Positions 55,704-64,000 of a DNA stretch of 64,000 nucleotides are shown piece by piece; position 1 is the first letter of the stretch, and every line of letters starts with the position of its first letter. Location of the stretch: the NCBI GenBank assembly GCA_965248775.1, contig OZ252150.1:3988042-4052041 (forward strand), given 5' to 3'. This stretch comes from Anaerolineales bacterium. Its GTDB lineage: Bacteria > Chloroflexota > Anaerolineae > Anaerolineales > JBHHUI01. Made by a program: the position numbers and the translations under genes. Under the pieces are notes generated by a model. It did not search any database. It worked only from the letters and a program-made list of their open reading frames with translations, and was not told the origin of the DNA.

Positions 55704-56372
55704 TCAATAGCCGCCGAGACTACTGTCGCGCGGAGCGTTGTTCAGAACCGCACCAATAACATTAATGTTCACCTTTTCCAGCAGGTCCTTTGCACGGGTG
55801 GCGTGATCACGGCGCGTGTTGCCGGCACTCAGTACAAGGAGTACGCCGTCCAATTTCAAGGCCAGCAAAGTCGCGTCTGTCACAGTGATGACCGGCGGCG
55901 CGTCAAAGAGCACAATATCGGCTTCTTTCTTGAAGCGCACCAGTAGGTCTTCCATCCTGCGCGAGCCGATCAGGTCGGCCGGATTGGCCGGTTGCGGGCC
56001 GGAGGGCAAGACCGAAAGGTTCTCGACGCCCACATCCTGCAAAGGCAGCTCGCCATCTTTCAATAACACGCTCGTTAGTCCCACGTCATTGTTCAGTCCC
56101 CAGATATCCTGCTGGTGGGGGCGACGCAGATCACAATCCACAAGCATCGTTTTACGCCCGCCTTGTGCCAGTGTCACAGCCAGGTTTGCGATCGTTTCAC
56201 TTTTTCCGGCTGCATCAGAATCAGAAGAAGGCGCTGTCACCAGTAAGGTGTGGAGCGGCTTGTCCAGGCTACTGAACATCAGATTGGTGCGCAGCGTTCG
56301 ATAGGCTTCCGCACCGGGTGAACGCGGATCGCTCAATGTAACAAGACTGTGGGTATGATGATTCGCAGACAT
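55704..56372 (-). CDS. BY-kinase/CpsD-CapB family tyrosine-protein kinase (ATPase part)
   Basis: Walker A (PSSDSDAAGKS with the conserved Lys), A' and B boxes (VDCDLRRP; IVLFDAPP). Confidence 0.8.
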   Translation of the reverse strand: MSANHHTHSLVTLSDPRSPGAEAYRTLRTNLMFSSLDKPLHTLLVTAPSSDSDAAGKSETIANLAVTLAQGGRKTMLVDCDLRRPHQQDIWGLNNDVGLTSVLLKDGELPLQDVGVENLSVLPSGPQPANPADLIGSRRMEDLLVRFKKEADIVLFDAPPVITVTDATLLALKLDGVLLVLSAGNTRRDHATRAKDLLEKVNINVIGAVLNNAPRDSSLGGY

Positions 56373-56375
56373 AGG

Positions 56376-57050
56376 TCAGTTCTTTCGGCGGCCTTCGTTC
56401 GTATGAGCAGGAATCGCCCCCAGCACGGAGAGTTCCAAATAACGTTCAACATCCTGCCGCGAACGGACGATTCCGGATTCGATATATTCGAGCACGAACA
56501 CGATCACACCCCCTAACAGCAGACCGATTACTGCACCCGCCGCAACGTTGATGACTTTTCGTGGTCGGTCCAACGAGAAGCGCGGCTCATCCAGAATCAG
56601 CGCAGTCACGCGATCTTCGCGACGTTGCTTCTGGTTTTCTTCGTTGCGCCATTGCACGAGTAACTCGGCCCAACGCCGCGCAATGTCATTCGCAAGATCG
56701 CCGTTCTCATTTTCGACCTCGATGCGGATCAGGAATTTATCCGCCTGCGAGGCAATCGCCACATCAGCGCGAAGTGCATCCGGCGTCGTATCGAGTTGCA
56801 GATCGTCGATAACATCTCCCGCGCTGTTATTTGTATCCAGGAAGGCGACATACGCGTCTAGGAGAAGCTTGGCGCTCTGCGTGAGTCCGAAATCCGTACG
56901 GGCAGGCTGAATTAAGATGTTGATAGTGGACTGGTAGACCGGAGTCCGGAGGGTGCTAAAGACGAATGCAGCCGCTGCAGTCAGTATGGCGAGCAAAACC
57001 ATGATCCATCCACGCCGCCACAATATGCGAACATATTCGTTAATTGACAT
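56376..57050 (-). CDS. polysaccharide co-polymerase / Wzz chain-length determinant (CpsC-like)
   Basis: N-terminal TM with Wzz motif (YVRILWRRGWIMVL), periplasmic domain, C-terminal TM. Directly upstream of the BY-kinase. Confidence 0.75.
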   Translation of the reverse strand: MSINEYVRILWRRGWIMVLLAILTAAAAFVFSTLRTPVYQSTINILIQPARTDFGLTQSAKLLLDAYVAFLDTNNSAGDVIDDLQLDTTPDALRADVAIASQADKFLIRIEVENENGDLANDIARRWAELLVQWRNEENQKQRREDRVTALILDEPRFSLDRPRKVINVAAGAVIGLLLGGVIVFVLEYIESGIVRSRQDVERYLELSVLGAIPAHTNEGRRKN

Positions 57051-57108
57051 CTTGGCTACCGGGGCGGGATTCTACCATGTGGTTTTGTGAAGCGACGAGC
57101 AAGGTTTT

Positions 57109-57795
57109 TCAAACGCGGCGCCTTCCTGCTGGAATTTCCCCAACGCAGATAAGCCCAAGACGCTCGACTTCCGAGCGCGTGCGTACCATTGGGTCGAGAT
57201 AATGAGCTGCAAAGGCCAGCGTCACACCGAATGCAATTCCGATCCCAATCCGTACGAACAAGTCCAAGCGGGATCGAATCGAGGGCGGTGAAGCAGCAAC
57301 TTGGGGTTCGTCCAAAGCAACAACGATTGCATTCTCGCCACCGAGCTGCGGAAACACACTACCATTCTGTTCCTGTAAAACATCCACAGCCGACTTTGCC
57401 ATAGTCGATAAATGTTCTGGCGAAGGCATGCTGAGATATAAGACTAACTCGCTTCGGCGGAAGTCACTCACCAACCCACCACGAATCGTAGCTGGAGAGA
57501 TCTCAATTCCCTCCGCAGCCAGGTCTGCACTGACGGCCTCAGCAAATGTGGTTGTCTTCATCCACCCAGCCAGGGCCGTGACAATATATTCCGACGAAAG
57601 CCAACTGTAGTACGCCGGATCAAAACCGCTCTCCTCCGCAGTGGGCGGCAAACTGGCAGTAAGGCGCACCGTAGTTCCGTAAAGAATGGGAGGCGGAGTA
57701 TACGTCGCAACCCCAATCCCGCTCACAAGGAGCGTCGGTATGAGCGCCAACCACCAACGACGCCTCAGAATAGTCCAATACTCACGCAATTCCAT
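57109..57795 (-). CDS. second Wzz-like chain-length determinant protein
   Basis: The same two-TM architecture; N-terminus ELREYWTILRRRWWLALIP. Confidence 0.65.
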   Translation of the reverse strand: MELREYWTILRRRWWLALIPTLLVSGIGVATYTPPPILYGTTVRLTASLPPTAEESGFDPAYYSWLSSEYIVTALAGWMKTTTFAEAVSADLAAEGIEISPATIRGGLVSDFRRSELVLYLSMPSPEHLSTMAKSAVDVLQEQNGSVFPQLGGENAIVVALDEPQVAASPPSIRSRLDLFVRIGIGIAFGVTLAFAAHYLDPMVRTRSEVERLGLICVGEIPAGRRRV

Positions 57796-58905
57796 TTAAA
57801 AAAGCTCTGAGGGCTGTACTCTGTCCTCGACGAATTTCAGCAGCTTCTCTTCAAAGACACTGCGGTCAAATTGTAAAGCATGGCGACGGATGGTTTGCGG
57901 ATCGTAATCAGTGGCATCAAATTTCTCCAGCACGCCTGCCATAGAATCCACCGTTTGTTCGGTAAACAACTGCCCCGAAAGATTCTCAGAAACGTAATCC
58001 AGCGCCCCGCCGCCAGAGAATGCGACAACCGGTCTGCCCGTTGCCATTGCCTGCACAGGCGCAATGCCAAAATCTTCCAGCCCTGGAAATAGAAAGGCGC
58101 GACTGCGCGCCATAAGGTCGGGCAAGTCAGCAGCTGGCACCCGCCCGACAAACTTGACGGTTGGCCCGGCCATACCTTTGAGTCGTTCTAGGTCACGTCC
58201 AGCTCCGGCAACCACCAAAGGCATCCGCAAACGCGTACAGGCTTCCACCGCAAGATCGATGCGCTTGTAGGGAATTAACCGTGACACCACCAGAAAATAA
58301 CGGTCAGGCTTTACCACCGGCAGATATCGATCTGTCTCCACGGGCGGGTGAATGATAGCAGCCTCACGACCATAGAATTGGGCGATTCGGCGCTGCACCA
58401 CCGACGAAATGGCGATGAAGTGATCGACGTCCTGCGCAGCCCTGCGCTCCCAGACCCGCAACAGTCGCACCACAGGCCGCAAGATCGCCGTCAAGTTACT
58501 GGAAATGCGTTCGCGCGAAACATATTCGTTGAAACTCCAAAGATAGCGCGTGGGAGTCAGGCAGTAGCAAATATGCACCGTCCCACGCGGCTTTCGCACG
58601 CCCAGGCAAAACCCACTCTTGTTGGAAAGGATCAGGTCAAAACCGGATAGATTGAAACTGCGAAACGCGGGTGGATAAAGCATCAGGTAGGCTTGGTGGT
58701 TTTTGTAAACCCCCGGCAGCCGATCCATGAAGGTCGTACGGATGTCCCAGCGGCGATACACATGCGGCATTCCGGCGCGCCAATACATCGATGTGTGAAT
58801 CGGCGCACGGGGGAACATCGCAACCATGGCTTCGAGCACATCCTCCGCGCCGCCGATTTGATTCAGCCAGTCGTGGACAAGTGCTACGCGCATGAAAAAA
58901 TGCAA
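57796..58905 (-). CDS. glycosyltransferase family 4 (GT-B fold)
   Basis: C-terminal EDFGIAPVQAMATGRPVVA motif. Confidence 0.8.
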   Translation of the reverse strand: MHFFMRVALVHDWLNQIGGAEDVLEAMVAMFPRAPIHTSMYWRAGMPHVYRRWDIRTTFMDRLPGVYKNHQAYLMLYPPAFRSFNLSGFDLILSNKSGFCLGVRKPRGTVHICYCLTPTRYLWSFNEYVSRERISSNLTAILRPVVRLLRVWERRAAQDVDHFIAISSVVQRRIAQFYGREAAIIHPPVETDRYLPVVKPDRYFLVVSRLIPYKRIDLAVEACTRLRMPLVVAGAGRDLERLKGMAGPTVKFVGRVPAADLPDLMARSRAFLFPGLEDFGIAPVQAMATGRPVVAFSGGGALDYVSENLSGQLFTEQTVDSMAGVLEKFDATDYDPQTIRRHALQFDRSVFEEKLLKFVEDRVQPSELF

Positions 58906-58926
58906 ATGGCCGAGGAGCCACCCGTT

Positions 58927-59664
58927 TCAGACATGCTCTATTCTGGCTTGGGCAATGATATGTGCGGCAACCGGACGATAACTTTTCCTATGTGTTTCAC
59001 AAGGGCCGAGACGATGCAAGGCTCTTTGATGCACTACGGTGCCATAGCCTTTATGCCGTGCGAAACCATAGTCGGGTATGCGCCCGTCCATCTCAACCAT
59101 CAGCCTGTCACGTGAGACCTTCGCAATGATAGAGGCTGCAGCAATAGACAGAGAGATTGAGTCGCCGAAGTACATAGCCTTCTGTGGCAAGTCTACTGTG
59201 GGGCTTAGATCAACAGCATCAATAAGCAGATAATCTGGTTGCAAAGCCAGACTCGCTATCGCTCGCTCCATGGCGAAACATGTTGCCGCAACTAGCCCGG
59301 CAGAGTCCACCTCAGCGGGCCCAGACCCGCCTAATCCAATTGCTAATGCGACTTCCTGCACCCGTGGGAACAATGCTTCGCGACGCGCTGGCGAGAGCTT
59401 TTTGGAGTCAGTGACGCCTACCAGAGCGCTGCGCAGCGTGCGCAGGTCTGAAGGTAGAACGACAGCCGCGGCGACGACTGGCCCAGCCCAGGCACCGCGT
59501 CCAACCTCGTCCAGGCCGGCAACAAATTTGTAGCCATCTTTCCAGAGTGCTTTCTCCAATTTCAAATGCGGTTGAGCCGGAAGACGGCGCGGTTTAGCCC
59601 GAGGCGGCATACTTGCCGTTACGCCAGTTGCGGCGGATGACGAAGATGTCTGAGAACATTGCAA
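58927..59664 (-). CDS. rnhB: ribonuclease HII (likely true start MPPRAKP near 59610)
   Basis: AGLDEVGRGAWAGPVVAAAV, DSKKLS, and C-terminal RNase HII motifs. It is embedded within the polysaccharide gene cluster. Confidence 0.85.
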   Translation of the reverse strand: MQCSQTSSSSAATGVTASMPPRAKPRRLPAQPHLKLEKALWKDGYKFVAGLDEVGRGAWAGPVVAAAVVLPSDLRTLRSALVGVTDSKKLSPARREALFPRVQEVALAIGLGGSGPAEVDSAGLVAATCFAMERAIASLALQPDYLLIDAVDLSPTVDLPQKAMYFGDSISLSIAAASIIAKVSRDRLMVEMDGRIPDYGFARHKGYGTVVHQRALHRLGPCETHRKSYRPVAAHIIAQARIEHV

Positions 59665-60358
59665 GCGAATCCTGGATCAGTCTCACTTTGCTTTCAGGGT
59701 CAAAATACCAGTCGATAGGTACTTCAACAATCGTATAGCCGCGCTGCTGTGCGATGAACAACAACTCGACATCAAAGCTCATCCCGACGAGCTGCTGCCG
59801 TGAGAAGAGATCCTCTGCTATGTCTGCCCGAAAACATTTAAAGCCACACTGCGTATCTTCAAAGCCCGGCAGAGCAAAGGCTTTCACCAGATTGCTAAAG
59901 ATACGGCCACGCAAATGGGTCAAGCCAGGCTCATTATAGCGTACTGAGCCGGGCGCTTCGCGTGAGCCGATTGCGACGTCGTACCCGTTCAGGCGGGGCG
60001 GCAAAAAGCGTTCCACTTCATCAATCGGCATGGAAAGGTCGACGTCACACATGAAACGATATTCGCCCTGCGCGGCGAGCATTCCGGCACGCACGGCCAT
60101 ACCTTTTCCACGTGCTTCTGTTTTGAGCACTCTAACGTAGGGATGCGCATTGGCGAAGTCCTGGGCGATTTGAAATGTCTTATCAGAGCTGCCATTTTCG
60201 ATGACCAGAACTTCGGCGTTATATGCCTGTTGTGTCAGGAATGCGTCGATCGCGTGCAGCGAATCTGGCAAGCGGTTCTCTTCGTTGTGCGCAGGAATAA
60301 TGATCGAAAGATGGATGTCAGTCACAGGTTCAATTCTAAAATCTCGGCACAGAGCCAA
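59594..60358 (-). CDS. glycosyltransferase family 2 (polyprenyl-phosphate sugar synthase-like)
   Basis: IIIPAHNEE...DGSSD...D-x-D GT-A motifs. Confidence 0.8.
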   Translation of the reverse strand: MALCRDFRIEPVTDIHLSIIIPAHNEENRLPDSLHAIDAFLTQQAYNAEVLVIENGSSDKTFQIAQDFANAHPYVRVLKTEARGKGMAVRAGMLAAQGEYRFMCDVDLSMPIDEVERFLPPRLNGYDVAIGSREAPGSVRYNEPGLTHLRGRIFSNLVKAFALPGFEDTQCGFKCFRADIAEDLFSRQQLVGMSFDVELLFIAQQRGYTIVEVPIDWYFDPESKVRLIQDSLAMFSDIFVIRRNWRNGKYAASG

Positions 60359-60362
60359 AATG

Positions 60363-61295
60363 TCATACAGTCAGGACGCTCTCAATATAGTCGTCGCTTA
60401 CCGTGCGTTGTGCCTGCGTCTTGCGCCGTTTGCGCAATAAACGGGGCAAGGCCAGGATACCGACAATCTGCCCACGTAATCGCGCCCGCGCAGCGGGCCC
60501 GCGCCAGGCACGCAAAGCTTCTCCTGTAATCCGTAATTGTGCCCGCAGTATTTTGGACCAATGCTTGCGCCAGATATTGCCAGGCACATCTTTTACAAGC
60601 ACATAAATAAAGTTACGCCCATTATGGAAGCTGGCGGTTGTGCCCGCACCCGTGGCGGCGAGGCGATGATAGACCACCGCTTGCGGCGCGTAGACTGCCT
60701 GCCAGCCCTGCAATTGCGCCCGCCAGCCGAGATCAACATCTTCGCATGAGAAGAAGAAATCTTCGTCCAACAAGCCGATCTGATCAAGCATCGCGCGACG
60801 ATAGGCTGCCGCACCACCACAAGCTGAAAAAACATAACCTTCAGAATATTGCCCGTTGTCCGGTTGCCAGACACCCCGATTGGCAGGCGTACCATCGATC
60901 CGATACTCGTCCCCTGCTGTGTGCAACGTATCACGACGATCATACAGAAGCATTTTGGAGGCGACCATCCCGGCCTCGGGATGCCGTTCAAAAGCGGCTT
61001 CAATATGTGCAAGCCAGTCTGGAGCGACCTCGGTATCGTTGTTGAGCAATACGACGATCTCCCCTTTTGCGACGCGTATGCCTGCATTGCAAGCACCGGT
61101 AAAGCCTTCATTCGTTTCGAGGGCAACCAGATGCACATCCGCATAGTCACGCGCGATCAACTCTTGCGACCCATCCTCGCTGGCGTTATCCACCAAAAGC
61201 ACTTCGTAATGCGCATGGGTCTGCGCCCGCAAGGCATCCAGACACGGCGGCAAATGCACGATGCCGTTCCAATTTGGAATGACGACTGAGATCAC
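60363..61295 (-). CDS. glycosyltransferase family 2
   Basis: VVIPNWNG...DNASEDGS...NNDTE motifs. Confidence 0.8.
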   Translation of the reverse strand: MISVVIPNWNGIVHLPPCLDALRAQTHAHYEVLLVDNASEDGSQELIARDYADVHLVALETNEGFTGACNAGIRVAKGEIVVLLNNDTEVAPDWLAHIEAAFERHPEAGMVASKMLLYDRRDTLHTAGDEYRIDGTPANRGVWQPDNGQYSEGYVFSACGGAAAYRRAMLDQIGLLDEDFFFSCEDVDLGWRAQLQGWQAVYAPQAVVYHRLAATGAGTTASFHNGRNFIYVLVKDVPGNIWRKHWSKILRAQLRITGEALRAWRGPAARARLRGQIVGILALPRLLRKRRKTQAQRTVSDDYIESVLTV

Positions 61296-62131
61296 GACTT
61301 CAGGAACTCTTCTAATGCCTCTTCCCAGGAGCGCATTACGATACCCAGCAACGCAGCGGCAGTATTCGCTAGTACGCTGTAGGGCGGCGGTGTAGAAGCC
61401 CGCTCATAATCGGCGAGAGTAGTTGGCTCGATGGCAATATGGGCATTTCCGGTCAGGTCCAACACTTTCCGTGCAAAATCAAAACGCGAGGCCTGTCCAG
61501 CATTAACGAGGTGATAGATGCCGTACTGATTAGTAGCAACGAGTTTTATCAACGCAGCGGCCAGGTCTTCTGCATAGGTTGGCGAACCCACTTCATCCGT
61601 GACCACACGCAGAGCCTGGTCTTCGATTGCATGTTGCTGAATTTTATCGACAAAATTCCTCCCCGACTGGGGACCGTCAGCGTACATCCAGGCCGTGCGC
61701 ACGATATAAAATTTGTTGAGCAGCTGTTGCACATACCATTCGGCGGCCAGCTTGGAACGCGCATACGGGTTAATCGGTCCTGGCGAATCAAATTCTAGAT
61801 AGGGCTCCGCTTTCGTCCCGGCAAACACTTCATTGGTGCTGATTAGCAGCAGCGGCACATCCGCGGCAGCACACGCAAGCGCGACATTCTGTGTGCCAAA
61901 GGCATTTACCCGGAAAGCAAGCTCCGGATCGCGCGCGCAGGCATCGACGTTTGTTATCGCGGCAGCATGAATAACAACGTCAACTCCCGCGGACCCAATG
62001 CGCGCGTATGTTAGGCGGGAATCCGTGATATCAAAGTCGGGGAGATCGGCCGGCACGGCATCACCCGCAGGCCATTGGCGCATGATCGCTGATCCGAGCT
62101 GGCCGTCGCTTCCGGTAATGAGTGCGCGCAA
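61292..62131 (-). CDS. rmlD: dTDP-4-dehydrorhamnose reductase
   Basis: MRALITGSDGQLG N-terminus and YARSKLAAE catalytic motif. Overlaps the GT2 start. Confidence 0.85.
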   Translation of the reverse strand: MRALITGSDGQLGSAIMRQWPAGDAVPADLPDFDITDSRLTYARIGSAGVDVVIHAAAITNVDACARDPELAFRVNAFGTQNVALACAAADVPLLLISTNEVFAGTKAEPYLEFDSPGPINPYARSKLAAEWYVQQLLNKFYIVRTAWMYADGPQSGRNFVDKIQQHAIEDQALRVVTDEVGSPTYAEDLAAALIKLVATNQYGIYHLVNAGQASRFDFARKVLDLTGNAHIAIEPTTLADYERASTPPPYSVLANTAAALLGIVMRSWEEALEEFLKS

Positions 62132-62238
62132 AGTTGCCTCACAAAGCTAAGGCGACCGTGCACCTGCACCCCGGTCGCCTATGAGCGGCTGGATTATACA
62201 ACGGAAGAAGAGAGGATTTAGACTTTGGCAGGTAGTGC

Positions 62239-62991
62239 TCAACTGCCGAGGGTGTTGCGTAGGACAAGAAAAGCAAAGCCACCGAGCAGACACAGGTCGA
62301 GTATTGCCATCACACCAAGCACAATCAATTGCTGGCGTTTCATGCCGAATAAGCCGGAAGGGGCACCACGATCCAGATCAATGTTTTCAGGCTCATGGGC
62401 ATGCTCCAAAATGACGCCTTCAACAGTAGAGACATCACCGGCATCCATAATCACTTCCCCCGCCAAGATGTCGGTTGAAATGAAGTGCTCAATTTCATTG
62501 AACGCGATAATATTGACAACCGGGCCTTCCAGCGTCAGCTTGGTATCTGCGGATGACATCACCACCGCAGCGTTTACAAACGGGACTGGCAAGCTACGCG
62601 AATGCAGCACTTCTCGCAGGTGAGAGCTTGCGGCCCGGGCGCGCTCGATAGGGTTATCAGTGTCGCGCGAAAATTGCATCTGGCGCGAATCATAACGCTG
62701 CCATTCTTCGCCTTCGGCTTTGTACATACCCCCGATGTGATGTGCGGAAAGAATGTGCACGCCCGTAGGTCCGAGAAGGATCATTTCTATCGGCCCTATC
62801 ATGGGAAGATTTGCCTCGCGGATCAGAACATAGCGTTCATCGAGGATCGCATCGATTGCCGCGGCGATGCGGTTTTCACCTTCAATGAGTTTCTTCCAAT
62901 CTGGCCCAAACTCTTCGGCAGCCAGTTTGTTCGTACCCGGCAGGATCTCGCCGTCCGCATCGAGGTAAGGTGAGCGATTGATTATGCGCAT
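62239..62991 (-). CDS. NERD (nuclease-related domain)-containing protein with C-terminal TM anchor
   Basis: YVLIREANLPMIGPIEMILLGPTGVHILSAHH resembles the NERD core; C-terminal hydrophobic helix. Confidence 0.5.
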   Translation of the reverse strand: MRIINRSPYLDADGEILPGTNKLAAEEFGPDWKKLIEGENRIAAAIDAILDERYVLIREANLPMIGPIEMILLGPTGVHILSAHHIGGMYKAEGEEWQRYDSRQMQFSRDTDNPIERARAASSHLREVLHSRSLPVPFVNAAVVMSSADTKLTLEGPVVNIIAFNEIEHFISTDILAGEVIMDAGDVSTVEGVILEHAHEPENIDLDRGAPSGLFGMKRQQLIVLGVMAILDLCLLGGFAFLVLRNTLGS

Positions 62992-63007
62992 AATGAATTC
63001 AGAATTT

Positions 63008-63757
63008 TTACAAGCCGAGGTAACTGTGCACTAGTTCAATACTTTTGGCAAGCGCACGTTGTCGAAATGATATCAATTCACTCTCAGGGATATTCTCCCA
63101 GAGGCGCGCTTGCAAACGCTGCGGCGAATCCAAGAGCGTTTCGAATTCGCTCGGAGTGCGTCCCATGCGTTCCGCAAATACAGCCACAGTCTGGATATCC
63201 GCACCCGGGGCCAGTTGCACACTGAGGAAGTCACGCCAGGCGCAAAGGTGTTGGTCTTCCACAAAAGGCAGCCAATCGGACGGTTGCACCTGGGCGAGAA
63301 CAACATCGAGGTCGGATGATAATTGGGCTAGGTCTTTCCGATCGAGATGAATGCGCATTACATTATGTAGGAAAAGTCGTTCGCGAATGTTTTCCCAGGT
63401 TGCTTCGAAGCCGAAGTAAGGCTCTAAGATTTCGCCAATCCAGAGCTGATCTAACAGTAGGTGACAGATATATCCGGTGATAAATGCAGACTGTTCTTTT
63501 GGTAGCGCAGCTGCCACTGATAGCTGAGAATGTCGGGCGAACATCGTTTCGTAGGCTGGCGTTTTATCTCGCAATGGCACATCGAAGAAATGCGTCGCAG
63601 CGCGGTCTTCACCAGACATTGTCTGCACGTCCGGCGCTGTATTCCCGAAAATAAATACGGGGCGAGTCTCTGTCAGGAATTCGCGCGTGGAGGGCTGCAG
63701 GCGTTCGTCAGATAGCAATGCCCCGGCGAGCGCAAGATGATAGAAGGGAGTGGGCAT
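63008..63757 (-). CDS. hypothetical metal-dependent hydrolase-like protein (phospholipase C/P1-nuclease-like N-terminal HxxxA start)
   Basis: MPTPFYHLALAGALL... N-terminus typical of the Zn-dependent PLC/DUF4184 fold; assignment weak. Confidence 0.35.
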   Translation of the reverse strand: MPTPFYHLALAGALLSDERLQPSTREFLTETRPVFIFGNTAPDVQTMSGEDRAATHFFDVPLRDKTPAYETMFARHSQLSVAAALPKEQSAFITGYICHLLLDQLWIGEILEPYFGFEATWENIRERLFLHNVMRIHLDRKDLAQLSSDLDVVLAQVQPSDWLPFVEDQHLCAWRDFLSVQLAPGADIQTVAVFAERMGRTPSEFETLLDSPQRLQARLWENIPESELISFRQRALAKSIELVHSYLGL

Positions 63758-63850
63758 TGATAGAATATATGTCGGTCACTCGCGGGGTCAAGGTGAAACC
63801 GGAATTCCACCTTGCTATAATCAATTAAAGCTAAGACAGATTGGTGAGAG

Positions 63851-64000
63851 ATGAATAAAAGTAAATTTGTGGCGATCGTCATTGTTCTGGGACTGCTGCT
63901 GGCAATTGCCAGTCCGCTGGTTGCTCAGGGCACGGAAGTGCAGATTCTACGTTTGGAAGGGCCACTAACGCAAGCAATGGTGCTCTACGTGGAGCGCGTG
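63851..64000 (+). CDS. NfeD-like membrane-bound serine protease (ClpP class), N-terminal part; continues beyond the window
   Basis: Signal/TM then VQILRLEGPLTQAMVLYVERV, the typical NfeD N-terminal pattern. Confidence 0.5.
   Translation, partial: MNKSKFVAIVIVLGLLLAIASPLVAQGTEVQILRLEGPLTQAMVLYVERV

Noticed and set aside
60593-61289. 185-aa (-) and 146-aa (+) ORFs overlapping the second GT2 gene
   Set aside because: Off-frame or antisense shadows of a GT2 gene with clear GT-A motifs.
1-64000. CRISPR arrays, tRNA or rRNA genes
   Set aside because: No regularly spaced direct repeats with unique spacers and no tRNA-like cloverleaf-sized non-coding islands were recognised. The palindromic repeats are irregularly spaced and lie inside coding sequence, so they are not CRISPR. 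Intergenic gaps are short and lack obvious tRNA A-box/B-box consensus motifs. This was not run through tRNAscan, so it remains unverified.

Overview
High-GC (about 60%) bacterial chromosomal window, gene content and style (leaderless -10 promoters, TTG/GTG starts, Pro/Thr-rich linkers) reminiscent of Chloroflexota; the phylum call is inference only. The backbone is central and carbon metabolism and envelope biosynthesis: thioredoxin, acetyl-CoA synthetase, pyruvate phosphate dikinase, lutABC, psuG, ribosomal protein L9, a RodZ-like protein, an IclR regulator, an aminotransferase, a thiolase, aconitase, citrate synthase, and a dTDP-rhamnose/polysaccharide cluster (rmlA/B/D, glycosyltransferases, two Wzz-like proteins, a BY-kinase) with rnhB embedded. 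It is heavily remodelled by mobile DNA: an IS1 (inside pgi, 8-bp TSD), an IS4 (inside a sensor histidine kinase, 10-bp TSD), an rve/DDE transposase element (splitting an MFS transporter gene), an IS630 (TA TSD, A7 frameshift site), an ISAzo13-family element (clipping an alkD-like gene), and a tnpB (IS200/IS605-type) locus that carries three in-frame insertions of a hairpin-forming (palindromic) MITE-like repeat. The same repeat is also read through at the C-terminus of the rve transposase. Other decay signatures: a frameshifted thiolase, a truncated CaiB-family gene fused to a beta-propeller fragment, and a duplicated 3' remnant of a BNR-repeat gene. Most notable candidates: (i) an OsmC/Ohr-family gene with an in-frame TGA at the peroxidatic-Cys position followed 4 nt later by a strong hairpin, a candidate selenoprotein with SECIS; (ii) a tandem pair of paralogous SPFH/band-7-like membrane proteins driven by a leaderless promoter; (iii) the in-frame palindromic-element insertions in tnpB, reminiscent of Rickettsia RPEs. 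No rRNA, tRNA or CRISPR array was recognised.
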